DNA from: an uncultured Eubacteriales bacterium
GTDB lineage: Bacteria > Bacillota > Clostridia > Oscillospirales > CAG-272
Assembly (NCBI GenBank): GCA_934467435.1
Contig: CAKSLR010000002.1
Location: 1-42,236, forward strand
Length of the DNA stretch: 42,236 bases
Direction of reading: 5' to 3'
Shown here: piece by piece, positions 1 to 8,729 of the stretch
Layout of the letters: every line of letters begins with the position of its first letter
Numbering within the stretch: position 1 is the stretch's first letter
Translations under genes and position numbers: made by a program
Notes under the pieces: generated by a model
Database searches by the model: none
What the model saw: only the letters and a program-made list of their open reading frames with translations
What the model was told of the DNA's origin: nothing

Positions 1-446
1 TCATCTACGACTTTTTTGACGCACTGAAGAGCCGCAGCAAAGGATATGCTTCCCTGGATTACGAATTTGACGGCTACCGCCCGAGCAAACTGGTGAAACT
101 CGACTTTCTTCTGAACGGCGACCCGGTCGATGCCCTCTCCTTCATCGTGCATGAGGAAAAGGCATACACCCGCGCCCGCAAGATTGCGGAAAAGTTGAAA
201 GACAACATTCCGCGCCAGTTGTTTGAGATTCCGATTCAGGCAGCCATCGGCTCCAAAGTGATTGCCCGCGAAACGGTCAAAGCCATGCGCAAGGATGTGC
301 TGGCAAAGTGCTACGGCGGCGACATTACGCGAAAGAAAAAACTGCTGGAGAAGCAGAAAGAGGGCAAAAAGAAGATGCGCCGTCTCGGCTCGGTAGAAGT
401 CACGCCTGAGGCATTTATGGCGGTTCTGAAACTGGATGACGAATAA
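1..446 (+). CDS. lepA: Elongation factor 4 (LepA), C-terminal fragment; the gene starts upstream of the window
   Basis: The frame is open from the window edge to TAA 444-446. The translation (..[50 protein letters not shown]..) is the conserved LepA C-terminal domain. The lepA-hemW neighbourhood is typical of Firmicutes. Confidence 0.9.
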   Translation, partial: IYDFFDALKSRSKGYASLDYEFDGYRPSKLVKLDFLLNGDPVDALSFIVHEEKAYTRARKIAEKLKDNIPRQLFEIPIQAAIGSKVIARETVKAMRKDVLAKCYGGDITRKKKLLEKQKEGKKKMRRLGSVEVTPEAFMAVLKLDDE

Positions 447-447
447 A

Positions 448-476
448 AGAACCGCCCCGCATGGGGCGGTTCTTTG
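448..476 (+). terminator. Hairpin after lepA (agaaccgcccc-gcat-ggggcggttct), short T tail
   Basis: An 11-bp perfect inverted repeat lies directly after the lepA stop. The T-run is weak, so it is probably a partial terminator. Confidence 0.5.
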
Positions 477-494
477 CAAAAAAGGAGTGCGCGC

Positions 495-1628
495 ATGGAA
501 AAACCGACCCTTTCGCTTTACCTTCACATTCCCTTTTGCCGTTCCAAGTGCCGCTATTGCGATTTTTGCTCGTTCCCCGGCATGACCGAAACTGTAATAC
601 GGCGCTACGCCGCCGCCCTGGGGGCGGAATTGCGCGCCGGTGCGGCGGAGGCGGAGGGCTACACCGTTTCCACCGTGTTTTTCGGAGGCGGTACCCCAAC
701 GCTGCTGCCGACCGACACCATCTCGGAACTGGCGGAGATCATCCGCACCCGGTATCCGCTTTCGGATGACGTGGAATGGACAGCGGAGATGAACCCCGCC
801 ACAGCGGACGAAGAAAAACTGCGCGCCATGCGGCGTTGCGGTTTTAACCGTCTCAGCGTGGGCATGCAAAGCGCGCATGACGCCGAACTTGCGCTGCTCG
901 GTCGGGCGCACCGGATGAAGGAGACCGAGGCAACGTGGGAAGCTGCGGCGGCAGCCGGCTTTACGGAACGGAATCTTGACCTGATGTTTGGCATTCCCGG
1001 TGAAACGCCGGAAAGTTTTGCCGTGTCCCTCTCCCGCGCGATTGCCATGCGCCCCACTCATCTTTCGGTCTATTCGCTGCAAATTGAAGAAGGGACCCCG
1101 TTTGCACGGGAGAGGGATTCCCTGCCCCTGCCGCGGGAGGAGGAAGAGGAGGAGATGGCAGAGCTTCTCTATCGCATGACGGAGGAAGCGGGCTACCGGC
1201 GATACGAGATCAGCAACTTCGCCCTGCCGGGGCACGAATGCCGCCACAATCTGACCTACTGGCGCATGACCGATTACCGCGGGTTCGGCATTGCCGCCCA
1301 TTCGCTGATGGGAAGCCGGCGGTTCTATAACGGAACTTCCCTGTCCGCGTTCCTTGAAAACCCGCTCGGCGTGCGGGAAGAGGAAGAGACGCTGACCCCC
1401 GCCATAAGGGAGGAGGAAACCGTGATGCTGGGGCTGCGCCTGACAGCAGGCATCGGCGAAACGGAATTTTCCCGTGCGTTCGGGCTCGGTTTTTTTGCCG
1501 CCTACGGGAGCCGTCTGACTCCCCTGATGCAAAAAGGGCTGGTGGGGCGGGCAGGTGAGCGCACCTTTCTCACCCCCCGCGGCATGGCGCTCTCCACCGC
1601 GGTGCTGGCGGAGATCCTTCGGGACTAG
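495..1628 (+). CDS. hemW: Radical-SAM heme chaperone HemW / oxygen-independent coproporphyrinogen-III oxidase-like protein
   Basis: Radical-SAM CxxxCxxC motif (HIPFCRSKCRYCDFC) and HemN-like body. ATG 495 is preferred over ATG 474 because AAGGAG (482-487) lies 7 nt upstream and 474 sits inside the lepA hairpin. Confidence 0.85.
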   Translation: MEKPTLSLYLHIPFCRSKCRYCDFCSFPGMTETVIRRYAAALGAELRAGAAEAEGYTVSTVFFGGGTPTLLPTDTISELAEIIRTRYPLSDDVEWTAEMNPATADEEKLRAMRRCGFNRLSVGMQSAHDAELALLGRAHRMKETEATWEAAAAAGFTERNLDLMFGIPGETPESFAVSLSRAIAMRPTHLSVYSLQIEEGTPFARERDSLPLPREEEEEEMAELLYRMTEEAGYRRYEISNFALPGHECRHNLTYWRMTDYRGFGIAAHSLMGSRRFYNGTSLSAFLENPLGVREEEETLTPAIREEETVMLGLRLTAGIGETEFSRAFGLGFFAAYGSRLTPLMQKGLVGRAGERTFLTPRGMALSTAVLAEILRD

Positions 1629-1655
1629 GGGCAGGAATTTTCTCATGAAAATCTA

Positions 1656-1684
1656 TTGACAATATCCGATTTTCTTGATAAAAT
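1656..1684 (+). promoter_or_regulatory. Sigma-A type promoter (TTGACA-17-TAAAAT) for the DUF1292 gene
   Basis: TTGACA 1656-1661, 17-nt spacer, TAAAAT 1679-1684. Confidence 0.6.
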
Positions 1685-1754
1685 AAAGGCAGTGGGAATA
1701 TACTAGTATAAGAAAAGGAGTATCCTTCGGCGCCACGCCGGAGGTGTGGCTGAG

Positions 1755-2066
1755 ATGGCAGATATTCTGAACGAAAATGAAGAACCCGTAGAGGAAGACG
1801 GCGCATACGTCTATACCCTGACCGATGAAGAGGGGAACGAACACGAGTTTGTGTTGCTGATGTGCGATGAAGTGGACGGTAAGACCTATTACGCCATGGC
1901 ACCGAACGATGAGCCGGACAGTGAGGAATACGTCATTCTGCGTGCGGAAGAAGAGAGCGAGGACGATGTTTCTCTGGTTTCGATTGATGATGACGACGAG
2001 TTTGAGCGCGTCTCCTCGTACTTTGACGATAAACTCTTCGGCGACGTAGATTACGACGCCGAGTAA
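1755..2066 (+). CDS. Small acidic DUF1292-family protein
   Basis: The translation (YVYTLTDEEGNEHEFVLL..EVDGKTYYAM..DSEEYVILR) fits the DUF1292 pattern. GGAGGTG lies 8 nt upstream of ATG 1755. The ORF is also open from GTG 1746. Confidence 0.7.
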   Translation: MADILNENEEPVEEDGAYVYTLTDEEGNEHEFVLLMCDEVDGKTYYAMAPNDEPDSEEYVILRAEEESEDDVSLVSIDDDDEFERVSSYFDDKLFGDVDYDAE

Positions 2067-2349
2067 TTCCCCGAAAAAAAATCAACATCCTTCCTGCTTA
2101 GTTTGTGATAGGGTCGGTTTTGGACCTACAAGATATTTTTTGGAGTCCGTTACTTCGTGAAATGGGTATGCAGACCTCCCGCCGCGCGCCGCCTTTGCCG
2201 CGCGCGGCGGACGCTGGGAGCACAAAATGACCGAGAGGACACCTACCTTGCACATGCAGGGTTAAATACTTGCTCTACACGGCTCGGCGGGATTTTTTTA
2301 TATCCGAAATCGTCAAAAATCCATATAAAAAGACAAGGAGAAACATAAA

Positions 2350-3651
2350 ATGGGATTGATTCGTGCAATCGCCGGCGCGGCATCCTCCGTGACGGCGGAT
2401 CAGTGGAGAGAGTTTTTTACCTGTGACTCTCTTTCGGACGATGTGCTGGTGGCAAAAGGCACCATGCAGACCGAGGGACGCGGCTTCTTCCGCCGCAACA
2501 AAGCATCGACCGACATCATCACAAGCGGCTCGGTCATCAACGTCAATGAAGGGCAGGCCGCCATTATCCTCGACAACGGCAAAATCGTGGAATTCTGTGC
2601 CGAGGCGGGCAAGTTCCAGTGGGACTCTTCCTCCGAGCCGTCGGTCTTCTGCGGGCAGTTCTTCAAGGGAGTAGCGGAATCCTTCAAGCAGATCGGCTAC
2701 CGCTTTACCTTCGGCGGCGACCTTGGCTCACAGCAGCGGGTCTATTACATCAACACCAAGGAAATCAAGGGCAACAAGTTCGGCACCTCCACCCCCATGC
2801 CTTATGATGACCCCTATTACAAAACCGCGCTGTATCTTCGTTATTTCGGGCAGTATTCCTTCAAAATTACCGACCCGATCCGATTCTTCTCTTCCATTGC
2901 CGGCAACGTGACCGACACCTACACCCGTGCGGAACTGGTCGATATGTGCACGGACGAATTTATGACGGCGCTGGACAGCGCCCTTTCCCTGTGTGCGGCG
3001 GAAGGCATAAAATTCTCCCTGCTGCCCACCAAGCAGCGCGAACTTGCCCACTATATGAGTGAAACGCTGGACGCCGAGTGGCGGAAAAACCGCGGCATTG
3101 AAGTTGCCTCGGTTGCCCTTGCCAAAGTGACGCCCGACGACAAGAGCCGCGCACGCATTGAAGAGTTTGATACCAACGTGATGCACGCCAACCCCGGCGC
3201 GATGGCGGGCGGTCTTGCCTATGCCCAGATGAAAGCCATGCAGGGCGCGGCCAACAATGCAAACGGTGCCATGAACGGCTTTGTCGGACTGGGAATGGCA
3301 AACCAGGCAATGGGTGGCGCCGGTACCCAGGCGACGTTGCTGGATCAGGCAAACCAACTGGCAAAAGAGCAGGCAAACGCCAAACCCGCCGCCCCCGCTG
3401 CCGATGCAGACGGCTGGGTGTGCCCGAAATGCGGCACGCAATGCAAGGGAAAATTCTGCCCTACCTGCGGTGAAAAGCGGAAGGATGCCCCCGCGGGCGG
3501 CTGGGTCTGCCCCGGTTGCGGCACCGCCTGCACCGGAAAATTCTGCCCCACCTGCGGGCAAAAGAAGCCCGAGGGATATACCTGCACCTGCGGCTACCAT
3601 GCCGAAAAGCCCTTTACATTCTGCCCGGAATGCGGTAAAAAACAGAACTGA
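2350..3651 (+). CDS. SPFH (band-7)-domain protein of the YdjI/COG4260 type with three C-terminal zinc ribbons
   Basis: The N-terminus (MGLIRAIAGAASSVTADQWREFFTCDSL..DVLVAKG) is typical of the SPFH/virion-core-like family. AAGGAG lies upstream of ATG 2350. The C-terminus carries 3 CxxC..CxxC ribbons. Confidence 0.75.
   Translation: MGLIRAIAGAASSVTADQWREFFTCDSLSDDVLVAKGTMQTEGRGFFRRNKASTDIITSGSVINVNEGQAAIILDNGKIVEFCAEAGKFQWDSSSEPSVFCGQFFKGVAESFKQIGYRFTFGGDLGSQQRVYYINTKEIKGNKFGTSTPMPYDDPYYKTALYLRYFGQYSFKITDPIRFFSSIAGNVTDTYTRAELVDMCTDEFMTALDSALSLCAAEGIKFSLLPTKQRELAHYMSETLDAEWRKNRGIEVASVALAKVTPDDKSRARIEEFDTNVMHANPGAMAGGLAYAQMKAMQGAANNANGAMNGFVGLGMANQAMGGAGTQATLLDQANQLAKEQANAKPAAPAADADGWVCPKCGTQCKGKFCPTCGEKRKDAPAGGWVCPGCGTACTGKFCPTCGQKKPEGYTCTCGYHAEKPFTFCPECGKKQN
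3412..3648 (+). repeat. Tandem coding repeat: three zinc-ribbon modules inside the SPFH gene
   Basis: GWVCPKCGTQCKGKFCPTCGEKRK / GWVCPGCGTACTGKFCPTCGQKK / YTCTCGYHAEKPFTFCPECGKKQ. The first two units are also clearly similar at the DNA level (3412-3498 vs 3499-3576). Confidence 0.85.
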
Positions 3652-3678
3652 TTTCCGAAGGCAAAACTGCGGAGATTT

Positions 3679-4770
3679 ATGAAAAAGATCAAGGTCCTCA
3701 TCCTGCTGCTTACGCTCTGCCTCGCTCTGGTCGCCTGTGCGGGAACGGAAGGTTTTCCCGGCTCGTGCCGGGATTCGGGCGAGCGATTCGGTGCGCTTCT
3801 TGTTCGCCTTTTGCCGGGGGCATCGGCATCGGGGGGCGGGGGGACCGCCACAGGCGGCACCCCAAACGCGCTGCCGCCCGTCACCGGAGCAGACGCCACC
3901 CACTACTACTACGATCAGTTGGATGAGGGCGGGCGCACGGTTTACCGCGCCATTCTCGCCGACCCGCAGAACACCGCCGGCATCGAAATTCCGCTTTCCG
4001 GCGTGCTGGGAACCTTTTCATCGGAAGAAGAGCTGCAGCAGACCGTATCGGTGACAGTACAGTCTGCCCTGGACGCCCTGACCTATGACCATCCCGAGAT
4101 CTGCTGGATCCGGGTCGGCGGGGAGGGAGGATCGACCTTCCGCGTTTCTTCCCGCACCGAGACAACGGAAAGCGGAACCGTCTGCCGCCTGCAATCCCTG
4201 CGTTTTTTCATGGTGTGTGACGGAAACGCCGCCACGGTTGCCGAGGAACTCCGCGCGGCGGTTGTGGGGTTTGTTCCGGCCGGGGAGGACCGCTACACCA
4301 CCCTTTCCGCCATACAGAGCGCGCTGTGCCGCGGGGTCACCTACACCACCGGGGCGCCGCGTGCCCACAGTGCGGCGGGGGCGCTGCTCGACGGCAGCGC
4401 CGTTTGCGACGGGTACGCCAAAGCCTTTAAGTTGCTGTGCGACACCCGCGAGATTCCCTGTGTCATCGTAACCGGCATGGCGGTGCAGGCAAGCAGCTCC
4501 GAAGCGCATGCGTGGAACTATGTACAGATGGAGGATGGGAACTGGTACGCCGTGGATGTGACGTGGGATGACCGGGGGGAGGAAGTTTCCGATCGGTTTT
4601 TCCTGATCGGTTCCGGCACGGTCACCTCGTTTCAGAACGGAAGTTTTTCTGCCAGCCATCAACCGAGCGGCAAATTCTCAGGTGGTGACTACCCACCCTT
4701 CACCTACCCACCGCTTTCGTTTTCCCGCTACCGTAAGGCGGAAACGGCAGAAGAAAAAGACGGAACATGA
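3679..4770 (+). CDS. Lipoprotein with transglutaminase-like cysteine-protease core
   Basis: Signal peptide with lipobox (LCLALVAC). Cys-His-Asp triad context (SAVCDGYAKAF .. EAHAWNYV .. YAVDVTWD). Confidence 0.75.
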   Translation: MKKIKVLILLLTLCLALVACAGTEGFPGSCRDSGERFGALLVRLLPGASASGGGGTATGGTPNALPPVTGADATHYYYDQLDEGGRTVYRAILADPQNTAGIEIPLSGVLGTFSSEEELQQTVSVTVQSALDALTYDHPEICWIRVGGEGGSTFRVSSRTETTESGTVCRLQSLRFFMVCDGNAATVAEELRAAVVGFVPAGEDRYTTLSAIQSALCRGVTYTTGAPRAHSAAGALLDGSAVCDGYAKAFKLLCDTREIPCVIVTGMAVQASSSEAHAWNYVQMEDGNWYAVDVTWDDRGEEVSDRFFLIGSGTVTSFQNGSFSASHQPSGKFSGGDYPPFTYPPLSFSRYRKAETAEEKDGT

Positions 4771-4784
4771 CGTTCCGTCTTTTT
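4759..4784. terminator. Bidirectional rho-independent terminator between convergent genes
   Basis: gacggaac-atga(c)-gttccgtc flanked by an A-run on the left and a T-run on the right. Confidence 0.75.
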
Positions 4785-4786
4785 CG

Positions 4787-5509
4787 TTATGACTGCGGTG
4801 CAGGGGGCGTTCCACCCAACTTCTGCCAGTTTTTTTCGTAGATCTTGCCGTACTTGGAAAAACTGATACGGCGAATGCGGTAACGGTCCAGCATTTCACA
4901 GAGCCAAAGGGGAATGGCAGTCGCCGTTTTGATCTCCATCAGATGCTCCCCCGGGGAAAGAAGTTGCTCGCCCTCCATCCCCTCATGCAGCGCAACGCGG
5001 TCAAAGCGGTAGCGGATGGAAGAATCCATCGTCAGGCGCACATCCTCTGCGGGATTCTGCGCCGCATAGGCAATGCGGTCGTAGGCAAGGAACAGTTTCG
5101 GTACCGGGCGGTGGTACTCCATAAAATAGCGGATCTCCCGCATGATCTGCGAATCCAGGTTATCCGGGTAAATGCCGCGATCGAGAAAATCACACGCCAC
5201 GGTATAGGGCATGGTCTCCCGCCGCTTATACACAATGCCGTCGTACTTTTTCTTAATCTCAACAAACACATTGCTGCCGGAGGTTGGCACACCGTAACTG
5301 CGGACACGCAGTTTTTCCTTATAAAGGGGGCGGTCCATCGACATGCGGATCAGATTGAAAATATCGGTGTCATAATACACGTTACAGATCGTGTATTCCC
5401 CGTATTTATCCCCCTTCATGTGGGTAAGCAGTTCTGCCGTAAAATCCGCATACCGATCGGGGGGAATCATGTATTTCATTTCTTTTCGCGCAAAGACCAT
5501 GTTCGGCAT
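4787..5509 (-). CDS. VTC-domain (CYTH-like, polyphosphate-polymerase-domain) protein
   Basis: The translation starts MPNMVFARKEMKYMI.. and contains ..KLRVRSYG..VFVEIKKKY..EIK, which fits the VTC/CYTH beta-barrel pattern. ATG 5509 is chosen over the ORF-track start 5578, whose extra 23 residues look non-coding. Confidence 0.55.
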   Translation of the reverse strand: MPNMVFARKEMKYMIPPDRYADFTAELLTHMKGDKYGEYTICNVYYDTDIFNLIRMSMDRPLYKEKLRVRSYGVPTSGSNVFVEIKKKYDGIVYKRRETMPYTVACDFLDRGIYPDNLDSQIMREIRYFMEYHRPVPKLFLAYDRIAYAAQNPAEDVRLTMDSSIRYRFDRVALHEGMEGEQLLSPGEHLMEIKTATAIPLWLCEMLDRYRIRRISFSKYGKIYEKNWQKLGGTPPAPQS

Positions 5510-5615
5510 ACCGCTACCCCGCTTTTTCAAAACACTTACGTATATTATACATAGGTTTCCCCCGCAGTTTATGAACACACTGTGAATTTCAGCGCAGAAA
5601 AAGCGAAGGAATCCC

Positions 5616-5644
5616 TTGATTTCATTTCAAAAATGTAGTATAAT
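5616..5644 (+). promoter_or_regulatory. Sigma-A type promoter (TTGATT-17-TATAAT) for dxs
   Basis: TTGATT 5616-5621, 17-nt spacer, TATAAT 5639-5644. GGAG RBS lies before ATG 5684. Confidence 0.65.
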
Positions 5645-5683
5645 AAAAAGGTGTGAAATCCAAGACCGAAAGGAGCGCGCCGC

Positions 5684-7552
5684 ATGGCAGAGAAAAAGAC
5701 CGTTTATCTGGATGCCATTCATTCGCCCGCCGACCTGCGCGCCCTGCCGGACGCTGCCATGCCCGCACTGGCGGAGGAGATCCGCGCCTTTCTCATCGAT
5801 CACGTCCGGGAGAGCGGCGGGCATCTTGCCTCCAACCTCGGCGTGGTGGAACTGACCCTGGCGCTGCACCGGGTCTTTGATACCCCGCGTGACCATCTGA
5901 TTTTTGATGTGGGGCACCAGTGCTACGTACATAAAATGCTGACCGGGCGTGCCGACCGTTTTGAACAGTTGCGGCAGGTAGGCGGTCTTTCCGGCTTTAC
6001 CAGCCGGCGGGAAAGCCCCTACGACCCCTTTGGGGCGGGGCACAGCAGCACCTCGGTCTCTGCCGCCCTCGGTTTTGCGGAAGCAGACCGCATGGCAGGG
6101 CGGGATGCCTATACGGTTGCCGTGATCGGAGACGGCGCGTTTACCGGCGGCATGGTGCATGAGGCGCTGAATAATTGCCGCTCCGACCTGCCCCTGATTG
6201 TTGTGCTGAACGAAAACGAAATGTCGATTTCCCGCAACACGGGGGCGTTTGCCCGCTATCTCGCAACCATCCGCGCCACCCATACCTACCTGACCACCAA
6301 GCGGCGCACGGCTGCCTTTTTGCGCCGTCTGCCCCTGGTTGGACAGCCGCTGTACCGCGCGGTACGCCGCTTCACCCTGCGGCTGAAACACAACATTTAC
6401 AAAAGCAATTATTTTGAGGATCTCGGTTTCCTTTAACTCGGTCCGATTGACGGAAACGATTACGCCCAGGTCGCCCGCGCCCTTTACCGTGCCCGGGCGC
6501 GCCACAGCGCCGTTGTCGTGCACATCAAAACCAAGAAGGGCAAGGGCTATGCCCCCGCAGAGGAAGAGGCGTGTGCCTACCACAGCGTCAGCCCCAGCCG
6601 TACCCCCGTGCCGGACATCACGTTTCACCGCGTGTTCGGGGAGGAACTGATCCGCCTTGCCAGGCAGGATACCCGCATCACCGCCATCACCGCCGCCATG
6701 GGGCTGGGCTGCGGGCTGGACGGTTTCCGCGCCACCTTCCCCGACCGTTTTTTTGACGTCGGAATTGCGGAGGAACACGCTGTCACCTTTGCGGCGGGGC
6801 TGGCAGCGAACGGGGCGCTTCCCTGTTTCGCGGTCTATTCGACCTTTCTCCAGCGTGCCTACGACAACGTGCTGCATGACGTGGCGCTGCAAAATCTGCC
6901 GGTCAAACTTTTTATCGACCGGGCGGGACTTGCCCCGGCGGACGGCGCAACCCACCACGGCATTTTTGATGTCAGTTTTCTTTCCGCCATTCCCAACCTG
7001 CGCCTCTATGCACCGGCTTGCTTCGGTTCGCTGCGCGCCATCATGCGTGAGGTGTTTTCTTCTCCCGCCCCCTGCGCGGTGCGGTACCCGAACGCAACGG
7101 AGGACCCCCGCGTTGCCGCCGTTTTCTATCCCGACGGTGATTTTGCCGCGTTCGGGGTACGGGCGGATTTTTCTGCCGAGAATCCGCCGCCGAACATCGT
7201 TCTGACCTACGGTTCGATTGTGCGGGAAGCGCTGGACGCGAAGGAAACGGCGGGCGCCGACCGCGTGGGTATTCTGCTGCTCGAATCGCTCAAGCCCTAC
7301 ACCGAACTGGTCGCGCGGATTCGCCCCTACCTGCGCAAAAAAACCCGCCTGATTTACCTGGAAGAGGGGATTCTTGCCGGCGGTGCCGGCGAAGAAATCT
7401 CCCGCACCCTGCGGGAGGCGATGGGGGCGGAATATCCCGAAGAAGAGCGTTTTCTTGCCATCCGCGACCATTTTGCCACGCCGGATACGCCCGTTTCCCT
7501 TTATCGCTATTGCGGCATCAGCGCACTGGATGTTCTTGAAAATATGAAATAA
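5684..7552 (+). pseudogene. dxs: 1-deoxy-D-xylulose-5-phosphate synthase interrupted by a single in-frame TAA (6434-6436)
   Basis: ORFs 5684-6436 and 6518-7552 are in the same frame. Together they give a 622-codon DXS with all the usual motifs (GHQCYVHK, GAGHSSTSVSAALG, IGDGAFTGG, DRAGLAPADGATHHG). The stop falls in FEDLGFL*LGPIDGND, where DXS proteins have GF-x-Y-x-GP-x-DGH. Confidence 0.85.
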
Positions 7553-7556
7553 AAAA

Positions 7557-7578
7557 GCAGCCCGAGGGCTGCTTTTTT
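7557..7578. terminator. Bidirectional terminator between dxs and tgt
   Basis: aaaaaa-gcagccc-ga-gggctgc-tttttt. Confidence 0.75.
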
Positions 7579-7580
7579 AT

Positions 7581-8717
7581 TTAATCATCGACTCGCTCTG
7601 CCAGGCGATCGACATAGGCGTGGTAGAACTGCGTATAGCAGCCGCTATCCAGCGCATCGCGGATTTTCTGCATCAATTCATTGTAAAAATACAGGTTATG
7701 CAGCACACACAGGCGCATACCGAGCGCCTCCCGCGCCTTGAACAGATGGCGCACGTACGCGCGGCTGTAGTTGCGGCAGGTGGGACACTGGCAGCGGGGC
7801 GAGATCGGGCGGTCATCGGCAAAGTATTTTTCATTGTTGATGTTCAGTTTCCCTTCCCAGGTGAAAAGGTTGCCGTGGCGGGCGTTGCGGCTGGGCATCA
7901 CGCAGTCAAAGAAATCGACCCCGCGGTACACCGCCTCCACAATATTCTGCGGCGTCCCCACCCCCATCAGGTAGCGCGGACGGTCAGCGGGCATATAGGG
8001 CTCCACCGCCTCAATCGTTTCATACATCTCCTCCGCCGTCTCGCCAACCGCCAGACCGCCGATGGCGTACCCGTCACAGCGGATCTCGGCAATCTGCTTC
8101 ATGTGATCAATCCGCAGATCGGCGTAGGTGCTGCCCTGGTTGATACCGAACAGCATCTGGGCGGGGTTGACCGTACCTTCCTCGGCGTTCAGCCGATCCA
8201 GTTCCGCACGGCAGCGGGCAAGCCAACGGGTGGTGCGGGCAATGGATTTTTTGGTGTAGGTATATTCCGCCGGGTTTTCGATGCACTCGTCAAACGCCAT
8301 GGCGATGGTGGAACCGAGGTGCGACTGAATCCGCATGCTCTCCTCCGGTCCCATGAAAATACGCTTGCCGTCCATGTGGGAGTTGAAGGTAACCCCCTCC
8401 TCCGTGATTTTACGGAGTTTGGCAAGCGAAAAAACCTGAAACCCGCCGCTGTCGGTCAGAATCGGCTTATCCCAGTTGAAAAATTTATGCAGACCGCCGA
8501 GCCGGTAGATGAGATCGTCGCCGGGGCGGATATGCAGGTGATAGGTGTTGGAAAGTTCCACCTGGCAGTGAATTTCGCGCAGATCCATCGTGGAAACGCC
8601 GCCCTTGATGGCGGCGCTGGTACCCACGTTCATAAACACAGGCGTTTCGATGGTGCCGTGCACGGTGGTCATCACGCCGCGGCGGGCATGCCCCTCGGTT
8701 TTTAGTATTTTGAACAT
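7581..8717 (-). CDS. tgt: Queuine tRNA-ribosyltransferase
   Basis: Full-length Tgt-like translation (TPVFMNVGT.., LTDSGGFQV, GLAVGE, zinc site CxCxxC..H: CQCPTCRNYSRAYVRHL). Confidence 0.95.
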   Translation of the reverse strand: MFKILKTEGHARRGVMTTVHGTIETPVFMNVGTSAAIKGGVSTMDLREIHCQVELSNTYHLHIRPGDDLIYRLGGLHKFFNWDKPILTDSGGFQVFSLAKLRKITEEGVTFNSHMDGKRIFMGPEESMRIQSHLGSTIAMAFDECIENPAEYTYTKKSIARTTRWLARCRAELDRLNAEEGTVNPAQMLFGINQGSTYADLRIDHMKQIAEIRCDGYAIGGLAVGETAEEMYETIEAVEPYMPADRPRYLMGVGTPQNIVEAVYRGVDFFDCVMPSRNARHGNLFTWEGKLNINNEKYFADDRPISPRCQCPTCRNYSRAYVRHLFKAREALGMRLCVLHNLYFYNELMQKIRDALDSGCYTQFYHAYVDRLAERVDD

Positions 8718-8729
8718 ACAGACTTCTCC

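Noticed and set aside
5627-7471. Very long antisense ORFs opposite real genes. Examples: 5627-7471(-) opposite dxs, 2728-3903(-), 12406-13692(+), 17096-18556(+), 24906-26606(-), 34197-35780(-), 39315-40850(+).
   Set aside because: These are typical shadow ORFs of GC-rich DNA. Their translations are Arg/Gly/Ala/Pro-rich with no motifs or RBS. The opposite strand encodes proteins with unmistakable conserved motifs.
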